The notes under the pieces were generated by a model that was given only the letters and a program-made list of their open reading frames with translations, was not told the origin of the DNA and made no database searches. Positions 1 to 6,990 of a DNA stretch of 44,769 nt are shown here, in pieces. Location of the stretch: contig JBHPGP010000006.1 of assembly GCA_042570305.1 (NCBI GenBank), positions 4,242-49,010 on the forward strand, given 5' to 3'. Position 1 is the first letter of the stretch; every line of letters starts with the position of its first letter. The position numbers were made by a program, and so were the translations under genes. The stretch is from Candidatus Omnitrophota bacterium. GTDB taxonomy: Bacteria; Omnitrophota; Gorgyraeia; Gygaellales; JAHJCI01.

Positions 1-130
1 GGCTGATTAGAATATCCAGCTTCTTCTCCATGGCACTCAACTGCTCTTGCACTTTATTAATGAAGCTAGCTATACCTGGTTCATCCTGCGATGCGACTAA
101 TAAACTTTTACGCTTAAAAATTTTTTTCAT
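1..130 (-). CDS. 5' part of a hypothetical protein (runs off the left edge); first visible unit of the cassette array
   Basis: ATG at 130 with AGAGAGGG RBS; open frame MKKIFKRKSLLVASQDEPGIASFINKVQEQLSAMEKKLDILIS to the window edge (hand-translated, not in the ORF track). Confidence 0.75.
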   Translation of the reverse strand, partial: MKKIFKRKSLLVASQDEPGIASFINKVQEQLSAMEKKLDILIS

Positions 131-150
131 ATTACCCTCTCTTTTTGTCT

Positions 151-179
151 ACTCTAACACAAACAAAAACTAAATTCAA
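151..179 (-). promoter_or_regulatory. sigma70-like promoter in the repeat flank
   Basis: TTGAAT-17bp-TAGAGT on the minus strand, upstream of the ATG at 130; same module at 1549-1576 and 2504-2532. Confidence 0.55.
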
Positions 180-248
180 GCTACAAAAGAACCCTCTGCA
201 AGCCTGATTCCAGAGGGTCCAAACCTTTACCTTGGAACGGTTGAGTGA

Positions 249-647
249 TTACCGACCCATTGCCATCTTCTTAAAATTAGCTATGGCAGACTTATCTTCT
301 TCGGCTATCTGTGTAAAAGAAACTCCTAAGCGATACCAACCCTCACTTAATGCATTGTTATACTTCACCTCCCCTGTTATATGCATTGGCCTAGCTTCTT
401 CATATGCATCGGCATGAAGGTTGATTAAAGTAAATCTAATTAAAAGGGTAGTCAATGCAAGGATATTATAATTTGTCTTAATGGCCATTCCATTCTCGCT
501 TAAGTCTAACATCTTTGCAGGGAACTCTTTATCACCCATCCAGAGACTGATTTCTATAGGCTCACCCTGCCTATAAAGAAGAAAAAAATCAGCTTTTATC
601 CTTTTAGTTTTTCGTCTCTCAGCACTATTATTATATCTATCGGCCAA
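249..647 (-). CDS. PilZ-domain (c-di-GMP-binding) protein
   Basis: RxxxR (RRKTKR) and DxSxxG (DLSENG) motifs, C-terminal LGVSF; TTG start with GGAGG RBS. Confidence 0.85.
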   Translation of the reverse strand: MADRYNNSAERRKTKRIKADFFLLYRQGEPIEISLWMGDKEFPAKMLDLSENGMAIKTNYNILALTTLLIRFTLINLHADAYEEARPMHITGEVKYNNALSEGWYRLGVSFTQIAEEDKSAIANFKKMAMGR

Positions 648-672
648 GGCCCTTGCCTCCTCTTATTACCTA

Positions 673-702
673 ATTATACCACCGCAATCTCGAAGTTGAC
701 AA
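673..702 (-). promoter_or_regulatory. sigma70 promoter with extended -10
   Basis: TTGTCA-18bp-TATAAT with TGn before the -10; near-duplicate at 1065-1094. Confidence 0.7.
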
Positions 703-785
703 AGAAAAACTAAATTCAAGCCGCAAAAAAGCCCTCTGCAAGCCTGATTCCAGAGGGTCAAGAAATTAGAAACGTCCCCTATTTT

Positions 786-816
786 AAAAAACCCACCCTG
801 CTTTTGACAGGGTGGG
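786..816 (-). terminator. Intrinsic terminator after the cold-shock gene
   Basis: CCCACCCTG-7nt-CAGGGTGGG followed by T6 on the minus strand. Confidence 0.85.
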
Positions 817-837
817 CTGGATTGTATTGAAGCTAAG

Positions 838-1041
838 TTATAGTTTAACTACGTTTGTTGCCTGTGGGCCTTTTGGACCCTCTTCAACTTCAAATTCAAC
901 TGCTTGTCCTTCGGCTAAAGATTTAAAACCTTCGCCCTGGATCGCATTGTGATGAACAAAGCAATCTTTGCCACCATCATCTGGCGTTATAAACCCGTAA
1001 CCTTTCTCATTGCTGAACCACTTAACCTTTCCTTTTGCCAT
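838..1041 (-). CDS. cspA: Cold-shock protein (CspA family)
   Basis: GKVKWF, KGYGFI (RNP1), CFVH (RNP2), KGPQA; 67 aa; paralog identity not resolved. Confidence 0.96.
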   Translation of the reverse strand: MAKGKVKWFSNEKGYGFITPDDGGKDCFVHHNAIQGEGFKSLAEGQAVEFEVEEGPKGPQATNVVKL

Positions 1042-1064
1042 TATTCGCTACCTCCTTCCCGCCT

Positions 1065-1094
1065 ATTATACCACCACAATCTCGAAATTAACAA
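1065..1094 (-). promoter_or_regulatory. sigma70 promoter with extended -10
   Basis: TTGTTA-18bp-TATAAT; nearly identical to 673-702. Confidence 0.65.
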
Positions 1095-1185
1095 AGAAAA
1101 TTACTCTGCAAGCCTGATTCCAGAGGGCCAAAACTTTCCTTCGTAACAACCACAATCATAACAAGTTCCGTAAAACGCCTGGGGT

Positions 1186-1518
1186 TTATTTATCTTTAAC
1201 CAATAAACAAAATTCTTTTGCAAGAGGCGCTATTTTCCCATCCTCATAAGGAAATTCTTTGCAGTAGGTTGGCTTTAGATTATAATCAACCTTGTGAATG
1301 GAGCATAATCCATCAGCAGTAAGAAAGGAGCAAGTACCATCATCGTAACTTGTATCAACTTTATATCCGGAAGGGAACTTCTTATCTTTCTTTAAGTGAT
1401 AAAACACTCCGCGTAACCTGAGAGACGCAATTCTTCTGGCTTCCTTTAAATCTACCCAAACGCCCTCTTGACAACAATACTCTCTCTGTGAACATTCCAA
1501 ACAGTTAATTTTCTTCAT
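1186..1518 (-). CDS. YkgJ-like CxxCxxCC zinc/iron-chelating protein
   Basis: CLECxxxxxCC, CSFL...LCSIH...KPTYCKEFP cysteine pattern. Confidence 0.8.
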   Translation of the reverse strand: MKKINCLECSQREYCCQEGVWVDLKEARRIASLRLRGVFYHLKKDKKFPSGYKVDTSYDDGTCSFLTADGLCSIHKVDYNLKPTYCKEFPYEDGKIAPLAKEFCLLVKDK

Positions 1519-1548
1519 TTTTCCTTACCCAAGCTGCTCCTTTACAAT

Positions 1549-1576
1549 ATTCTACCCCAAAAAAAACTAAATTCAA
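1549..1576 (-). promoter_or_regulatory. sigma70-like promoter in the repeat flank
   Basis: TTGAAT-16bp-TAGAAT. Confidence 0.55.
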
Positions 1577-1640
1577 GCTACAAAAGAACCCTCTGCAAGC
1601 CTGATTCCAGAGGGCCAAGAAATTATAACCGTCCCCTATT

Positions 1641-1994
1641 CTACATAGACCAGCCGGAAACTACGCCGTCTGTGAAAAAGACTGTTACGTTTTTCCCGTG
1701 GATTTTATATCCCCTGTTAAGAAGCAGATTGCCGCTGGCATTGATTTTATACCCTTTGTCAACAACCATATTTCCGCTTCTCACCAATTCTGATGTAGCG
1801 GTCTCTGAAACGTGTTTGCCTAATATTTTTTCTACTTCATATGTTTCCTTACCGCTTAATTCTTCAGTATCAACTGCCATATTCTCTGTCTCTTTAGGCT
1901 TCGAAACTGTTTCTTTATTAGTTTTACAGCCAGTCAAAGAAAAAACCAAGGCTATGCTTAGGCAAGTTACTAATTTTCTAAATATATTACCCAT
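1641..1994 (-). CDS. Putative lipoprotein
   Basis: Signal peptide with LTGC lipobox; GGAGG RBS; internal duplicated segment (SGN..V/L..GYKI twice). Confidence 0.7.
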   Translation of the reverse strand: MGNIFRKLVTCLSIALVFSLTGCKTNKETVSKPKETENMAVDTEELSGKETYEVEKILGKHVSETATSELVRSGNMVVDKGYKINASGNLLLNRGYKIHGKNVTVFFTDGVVSGWSM

Positions 1995-2060
1995 ATCCCC
2001 CTCCTTTAGTTAAAAAGCCAACCCCCACAAGGTCAATTCCAGAGGCCCGCCCATTTCCTT

Positions 2061-2228
2061 TAATGAGCAGATAACTTACGGAGCAAAGCGACGTAAGTTA
2101 TAGCAAAGCGTCTGCGAATTATCCCGAAGCTTATCCTCAAGGATAGGCCTTACCTCTACCTTTTAAGGGAAGGGCCTTAAGCTAAAATTGTCGCAGAGAA
2201 TTTTAGCTTGTTTAAGCAAGGGACAACT
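2061..2228. repeat. Family B folded palindromic element, copy 1 (168 bp)
   Basis: Nested stems GCAGA/TCTGC, TAACTTACG/CGTAAGTTA, TCCC/GGGA, GCTTA/TAAGC, GCTAAAATT/AATTTTAGC; other copies at 3146, 3984, 14406. Confidence 0.9.
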
Positions 2229-2249
2229 ACAGAAGAACAGAACCGTCCC

Positions 2250-2486
2250 CTATTCTAGGTCTTCGACAGAATCTTCTAAAACCCTAAGAACCTCTTTTGC
2301 CTTTTCAACATCTAGCTTATTAACTAATAACTTCGCTTGCCCCATGCCTAAAGATAAATGAGGACGCAAATTGGCGAGATCGTCTACAGAAACAATAGCC
2401 TCAATTCCTTTCTCGGTAAGGAGACCTTTTGCCGATTCAGCCTCATGCCTATGAAAGAATGTCTTAATATGGACTAAATCTGCCAC
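2250..2486 (-). CDS. DUF2007-like small protein (putative signal-transducing family)
   Basis: EAESAKGLL...GIEA...LLV...DVEKAKEVL pattern; GTG start with AGGAG RBS. Confidence 0.7.
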   Translation of the reverse strand: MADLVHIKTFFHRHEAESAKGLLTEKGIEAIVSVDDLANLRPHLSLGMGQAKLLVNKLDVEKAKEVLRVLEDSVEDLE

Positions 2487-2503
2487 TATTGCTCCTTTGC
2501 CCT

Positions 2504-2532
2504 ATTCTACCCCAAACAAAAACTAAATTCAA
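2504..2532 (-). promoter_or_regulatory. sigma70-like promoter in the repeat flank
   Basis: TTGAAT-17bp-TAGAAT. Confidence 0.6.
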
Positions 2533-2673
2533 TCAACAAAAAAGCCCGCCTATACTAGACTGGACTTTTTCTATTACTGAATCATCCTGAGCGAAGCGAA
2601 GGACCTCTGCAAGTTCAATTCCAGAGGGCCCACCCATTTTCCTTGTAACAACTGTAAAAATCAGAAACGTCCC

Positions 2674-3066
2674 CTACTCTACTATTTCAACATCTTCGAC
2701 TCTAAAATGCTCATCTAGCCATAATGCAAGTATCTTCTTTACTGGAAATTTCCACGCAGTAATAACCTTTACGGCATTACGCAAATGTTCTTTTTGCACA
2801 AATTCATTCTCAGGATTACCTGCACAATCATAGTGTGCCACAATGGCGATAATTTGTGAATTATGTTTCTCTACAGAAATTTCTACTTTTTTCTTTAAAA
2901 GTTCAATTGTGTTCGTATCTTGACCTTCCGATAATATTTTATTAGGTCCTGGTTCTGTAATCATATCAACATAATCAACTTTAAAACTTTTCTCTATATA
3001 TTCTACGACTGGTTTTTGAACACGTCCATCTATGCAATTTATAGCCGTAGCGAATTCTTTAGCCAT
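2674..3066 (-). CDS. Putative beta-class-like carbonic anhydrase
   Basis: CIDGR (CxDxR) and HYDCAG (HxxC) Zn ligands; start moved to ATG 3066 (AAGGA RBS) because the longer ORF reads through repeat A. Confidence 0.75.
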   Translation of the reverse strand: MAKEFATAINCIDGRVQKPVVEYIEKSFKVDYVDMITEPGPNKILSEGQDTNTIELLKKKVEISVEKHNSQIIAIVAHYDCAGNPENEFVQKEHLRNAVKVITAWKFPVKKILALWLDEHFRVEDVEIVE

Positions 3067-3145
3067 ATATTTATCCTTTCTGGTATAATTTACTATAAAA
3101 CAAAGCCCTCTGCAAGCCTGATTCCAGAGGGCCAAACCCCATCCC

Positions 3146-3313
3146 TAATGAGCAGATAACTTACGGAGCAAAGCGACGTAAGTTATAGCGCAGCGTCTGC
3201 GAATTATCCCGAAGCTTATCCTCAAGGATAGGCCTTACCTCTACCTTTTAAGGGAAGGGCCTTAAGCTAAAATTGTCGCAGAGAATTTTAGCTTGTTTAA
3301 GCAAGGGACAACT
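3146..3313. repeat. Family B folded palindromic element, copy 2 (168 bp)
   Basis: Near-identical to 2061-2228 (GCAAAGC loop is GCGCAGC here). Confidence 0.9.
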
Positions 3314-3332
3314 ACAGAAGAACAGAACCGTC

Positions 3333-3662
3333 CTATATTTTGCAACTGCATTTCTTGCTCTCTAATATTTTCTTCTGTCTTTTGTGAGAGTCTATGAATA
3401 TATTCTGTTTTTTAGAGCCAGTAGCAAGCTTGCTGTTAAGATTACTATAATGATTATACCCCCTGCCTTGCATTTCTTTAATGAGTTTTTGATGTCTTGT
3501 ATACAAAGCTGCTAATTTGTTTCTCCATCTAAGGGTCTCTGGGTGCTTAGAGTATCCTTTTTTATTCTTGGTTAAAACAGACCATATAGCGTGCAATTCT
3601 TTATGTTCGCCAAGAAGATGGTTACGGCAAAGTTTTTTTGGAGAAATATCCCAGATTCTCAT
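3333..3662 (-). CDS. Pyrimidine-dimer DNA glycosylase / T4 endonuclease V-like protein
   Basis: MRIW...LCRNHLLGEHKELH...HPETLRW...L..RH..LIKEM..RGY.H; start moved to ATG 3662. Confidence 0.8.
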   Translation of the reverse strand: MRIWDISPKKLCRNHLLGEHKELHAIWSVLTKNKKGYSKHPETLRWRNKLAALYTRHQKLIKEMQGRGYNHYSNLNSKLATGSKKQNIFIDSHKRQKKILESKKCSCKI

Positions 3663-3762
3663 AATTCTATTCCTTATTTTTGAAAAAGGAAACCCTCTGC
3701 AAGCCTGATTCCAGAGGGCGCTTGGGAACACCCTGCCGATTGGCTCAAAGGGTGTCCCTAAT

Positions 3763-3909
3763 TTATTTTCTTTTCTTCTTGCCTAAAAAATAACCTAAAA
3801 TTCCACTGAGAAAAGCAATACCGACCATAGTTAATATTTGACAAAATGGGCAGATTTGAGTTGTACTACATTTACATAATTCCAATAATGGGCTAAGAAT
3901 ACACATCAT
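3763..3909 (-). CDS. Unannotated 48-aa Cys-rich single-pass membrane protein
   Basis: Hand translation MMCILSPLLELCKCSTTQICPFCQILTMVGIAFLSGILGYFLGKKKRK; GAGGAGG RBS; fills the interval between repeats A8 and A9. Confidence 0.7.
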   Translation of the reverse strand: MMCILSPLLELCKCSTTQICPFCQILTMVGIAFLSGILGYFLGKKKRK

Positions 3910-3983
3910 TCCTCCTCTGACCCTACTCTCACCCCGCAAAATCTATCTACACGGTCAATTCCAGAGGGCCCGCCCATTTCCTT

Positions 3984-4105
3984 TAATGAGCAGATAACTT
4001 ACGGAGCAAAGCGACGTAAATTATAGCGCAGCGTCTGCGAATTATCCCGAAGCTTAAGCTAAAATTGTCGCAGAGAATTTTAGCTTGTTTAAGCAAGGGG
4101 CAACT
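3984..4105. repeat. Family B folded element, copy 3 (46-bp internal deletion)
   Basis: Same ends as copies 1 and 2; lacks two internal hairpins between CTTA direct repeats. Confidence 0.9.
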
Positions 4106-4141
4106 ACAGAAAAACAGAACCGTCCCCTATTCTATTAGATT

Positions 4142-4753
4142 TCATTTATTTTCTAACTTAACTATATATTTTTTTACCTTCTTGGAAGAATATCTCAAAG
4201 CCTCAATAATTTCCTTAACTCTCGGTTCAGCTTCTTTATTCTTATCAACTATGACTCGCAACGCCTGGGAACCCAAAGACAATCGAACTATAAGTGACTC
4301 CGTTTTCCGCTGTATTGCATTGAATGTCTTAATATCATCCAATAATATCTGATTTTCCTTAATCATTTTATAAAGAAATTTATCCATCTTCTTCAATTTG
4401 TTGATAGAAAAACTTGTTTTACTCTTGGCTTGTATAAAATTTATAATATCCTGCAGATTTGCTACTTCTTTCCTATTTTTGACGGCGTCTTCACGTCTAC
4501 TGTATAGTTTAGTCTGTTTCAATCTCTCCTTTAAATATTTTATATAGACTTTACATAAATTATCCCACGTAACTAGAACCTTCTCACCTTTGCTTATATT
4601 CTTCTTGCTTTTCTTTGAAAGAAGCAATCGTTCGGTCTTATCAAGCTTTGATGAGATATCTCTCAGCACTTTCAAAAGAATAGTTTGCTGCTTCCGCGAA
4701 CTTTTTTTACTTAATATGTGAGAAATTATTGTTGCTGCTGTAGAAATTGGCAT
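4142..4753 (-). CDS. Hypothetical basic, helical protein
   Basis: 203-aa ORF, Lys-rich, no recognised motif; stop lies about 10 bp from a GGGGACGG motif. Confidence 0.55.
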   Translation of the reverse strand: MPISTAATIISHILSKKSSRKQQTILLKVLRDISSKLDKTERLLLSKKSKKNISKGEKVLVTWDNLCKVYIKYLKERLKQTKLYSRREDAVKNRKEVANLQDIINFIQAKSKTSFSINKLKKMDKFLYKMIKENQILLDDIKTFNAIQRKTESLIVRLSLGSQALRVIVDKNKEAEPRVKEIIEALRYSSKKVKKYIVKLENK

Positions 4754-4820
4754 GTTGTGAAGGTGGGGTCGAATTTATTTTTCTCAAAAATACTTTTGTG
4801 TCTAAATTCCCGGAATTCTT

Positions 4821-5000
4821 TTAGGATTTTTGTTTTTCCTGAACAGTATAAAATGAAGCGGAAAATTGAGTCGGTAATGTAGCAGAAGAATTGAAATATT
4901 TGTTTTCAAACATCTTTTCTTGAAAACTCTGATGATTTTTTTTGTGATCTAACTTGGAACCATTTCTACTGTTCTGAATAGACACTTTTTTTACTTTCAT
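4821..5000 (-). CDS. Possible 59-aa hypothetical protein coupled to the HAD gene
   Basis: ATGA overlap with the stop at 4997, GGAGG RBS at 5006-5010; MKVKKVSIQNSRNGSK...QEKQKS (hand-translated). Confidence 0.4.
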   Translation of the reverse strand: MKVKKVSIQNSRNGSKLDHKKNHQSFQEKMFENKYFNSSATLPTQFSASFYTVQEKQKS

Positions 5001-5902
5001 TGTTCCCTCCTTAAAGCCTCAGGAAGATATCTTCTAATATATTTATTATATTGCGTAACGGACTGTCGACCATAATATATACCTTGAAACTTCATTTCTA
5101 AAAGTAATTTTATTATTCTATCTAACTCACTGCCTTCATTATAATCTGCTTTTGCAATAAAATCAACCCTTTCTGCAGACAGCAATTGTGTGCAAGTTCT
5201 TAAGCTTTCAGTTGTACCTTTATGAACCGCAATAGCAGAACCACCATTTTTCTTTGTTACAGTCATACATGGAACATCAGTTATTCCGTCGCCAATATAA
5301 ATTATGTTTTGAAATGGAATCTTTCTTTTCTGCTCAGGCATATAATTATTTATACTTTTATTCAAGTTCTCTATACCTTTATTAATTCTAAAAATGTATT
5401 GCGTTTTCATAGTATCATTGATGAGATTCTTAATAAAATCTGGTTTGCCATATTCATCATAATGATATTCTGAGGCAAAAATATTATAAAAATGTCTATA
5501 TATAGTTGTCTTTTCTATTATTTCTTTTAAACCAGAAGATATAATATAATGCCTCAAGATTATTCTACCTTTTGTCTTTCTTGCAACATATCTATTTATT
5601 CTTGTAAAGTAATTTCTTACTCCTCTATAATATCTTATATTTTCAGCAAGACTACTTAATACCGCGGATGTAAGAGGGAACTCTCTCCTATGGCACTGTT
5701 CAATCATTAATCTCATATACGTGGCGATCTCATCCGAATAGGTTTTAACTTTTTCTCTTCTTACTCTTCCCCAAAACCTTCTTCCTGTTATGCCTATTTG
5801 GGGTAATACAGTATATTCTTGCATAGGCTGAGGAGTCAAAGTTCCATCAAAGTCATATACGATTGCAAGAATTTTATGTTTGAATCTCTTTACTCTAAGC
5901 AT
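4997..5902 (-). CDS. HAD-superfamily hydrolase
   Basis: YDFDGTL (motif I), IISSG (II), K (III), YIGDGITD (IV). Confidence 0.85.
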   Translation of the reverse strand: MLRVKRFKHKILAIVYDFDGTLTPQPMQEYTVLPQIGITGRRFWGRVRREKVKTYSDEIATYMRLMIEQCHRREFPLTSAVLSSLAENIRYYRGVRNYFTRINRYVARKTKGRIILRHYIISSGLKEIIEKTTIYRHFYNIFASEYHYDEYGKPDFIKNLINDTMKTQYIFRINKGIENLNKSINNYMPEQKRKIPFQNIIYIGDGITDVPCMTVTKKNGGSAIAVHKGTTESLRTCTQLLSAERVDFIAKADYNEGSELDRIIKLLLEMKFQGIYYGRQSVTQYNKYIRRYLPEALRREQ

Positions 5903-5987
5903 AATTTTAACAATTATTCTGAATCTTTATCTTTTAAAAAAATAGGATTCGTTTTGTCTAAAACAGTTCTAGTTATATTTCCCTATG

Positions 5988-6416
5988 CTAATCAATATTC
6001 TGAGCAGTCAAAAATACGGCTTTTGATAAGGCATCGAAGAAGTGTTGGTATTCTTTCGGATCAGTAACGGCATTTATACCATGTTGCGCATTGGCTCTAA
6101 CTAAAAGCTGATTATCTCCTTTTGATCGTACTATAACTGTGATTTTTACGACTTGATATTGAATAAACTTGGCAGCCGAGACAATACCCAGTTCAAAATC
6201 TGCCTTATGAATTACAAAATCTAAATCTTGCAAGGTAGCCATAACACTGCGCAGCATTTTTTCTCTGTCAGAGGTATCGAAAGCTCGAGTCTGAACACTG
6301 CGTAATTTTAACTGATTTTCACTTAAATCCAGAATATGTACAGCTGGTGCAGTTGCACAACCAGAGAAAAAAACACTCATTAAAATAAGTGCGGTAATGC
6401 GAGCTTTATTTCTCAT
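5988..6416 (-). CDS. Lipoprotein, paralog of 6413-6976
   Basis: FSGC lipobox; QTRAFDT...ATLQDLDF...LG resembles neighbour QIRQYDT...LLQDMGF...LG; both end in DP..Y..FF..LSKA.FL. Confidence 0.75.
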   Translation of the reverse strand: MRNKARITALILMSVFFSGCATAPAVHILDLSENQLKLRSVQTRAFDTSDREKMLRSVMATLQDLDFVIHKADFELGIVSAAKFIQYQVVKITVIVRSKGDNQLLVRANAQHGINAVTDPKEYQHFFDALSKAVFLTAQNID

Positions 6417-6976
6417 ATTTTATTTGCCTCCAAAAAAAGAGCTTTTGAAAGTTTTTCAAAGAAGCCTTCGTACACATCAGGATCAATTACATTCTCCATT
6501 CTGCTTACCAGGCCCATCTGGTTCAAAATAACCCTCTGGAATGTAACCCTAACAACAACTTTGTTACCGTCCAAACTTATTTTAGTTACACAGGAAACAC
6601 CTATCGATTGCGCCGCATCTGTATAAGCTAAAGCTGAGCCAGAAGAACCCCCAGCAGCCGCTAATCCATCAGCAAGGGCAGCCAGGAACATTTGACCAGG
6701 ATTACTCGCATCTCGTTCTTTAGTTCCAACCAGAAGGCCGAGCTTAGTATCTATTTCAGTTAAAATAAAACCCATATCTTGCAGTAAGCTCGCACAGGCA
6801 GAAATAACCTGTTGTTCGTCTTGGGTATCATACTGCCTAATCTGCATTTCTCTATGTTCCAAGCTGCTCGAGGATAATTGCAGTAGATTGCTTGGTACGG
6901 TTGTTGCGCATCCTACTAAGAAGAAAGATAAAGTTAAGAGGAAAGGTGCCTTTATAAAATATAAGTTTCTATACAT
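6413..6976 (-). CDS. Lipoprotein, paralog of 5988-6416
   Basis: LVGC lipobox; ATGA overlap with the downstream gene. Confidence 0.75.
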   Translation of the reverse strand: MYRNLYFIKAPFLLTLSFFLVGCATTVPSNLLQLSSSSLEHREMQIRQYDTQDEQQVISACASLLQDMGFILTEIDTKLGLLVGTKERDASNPGQMFLAALADGLAAAGGSSGSALAYTDAAQSIGVSCVTKISLDGNKVVVRVTFQRVILNQMGLVSRMENVIDPDVYEGFFEKLSKALFLEANKI

Positions 6977-6990
6977 TAAACTCTATTCGA

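Larger units (their letters stand above)
192..3968. repeat. Array of nine 26-bp hairpin repeats (family A, CCCTCTGCAAGCCTGATTCCAGAGGG) separating single-gene units
   Basis: Copies at 192-217, 732-757, 1102-1127, 1589-1614, 2021-2046, 2603-2628, 3106-3131, 3693-3718, 3943-3968; invariant ATTCCAGAGG core; spacings 540, 370, 487, 432, 582, 503, 587, 250 bp; one minus-strand ORF per interval. Confidence 0.95.

Noticed and set aside
2604-2636. tRNA 3'-end fragment (GTTCAATTCC...CCCACCCA) as a prophage att site
   Set aside because: The T-stem does not pair (GCAAG versus CCAGA) and the other repeat copies lack the GTTC motif
3067-3135. N-terminal extensions ALWNQACRG on the ORFs at 2674-3135 and 3333-3731
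   Set aside because: The shared peptide is just translated repeat A; the real starts are ATG 3066 and ATG 3662
192-3968. CRISPR array
   Set aside because: Spacers are 220-560 bp, variable in length and contain whole genes; no cas genes in the window
192-3968. Classical integron attC array
   Set aside because: No RYYYAAC...GTTRRRY ends are visible in the repeats and there is no intI in the window; an integrase beyond the left edge cannot be excluded
4065-4352. Plus-strand 95-aa ORF
   Set aside because: Starts inside repeat B3 and is antisense to 4142-4753; no RBS or motif
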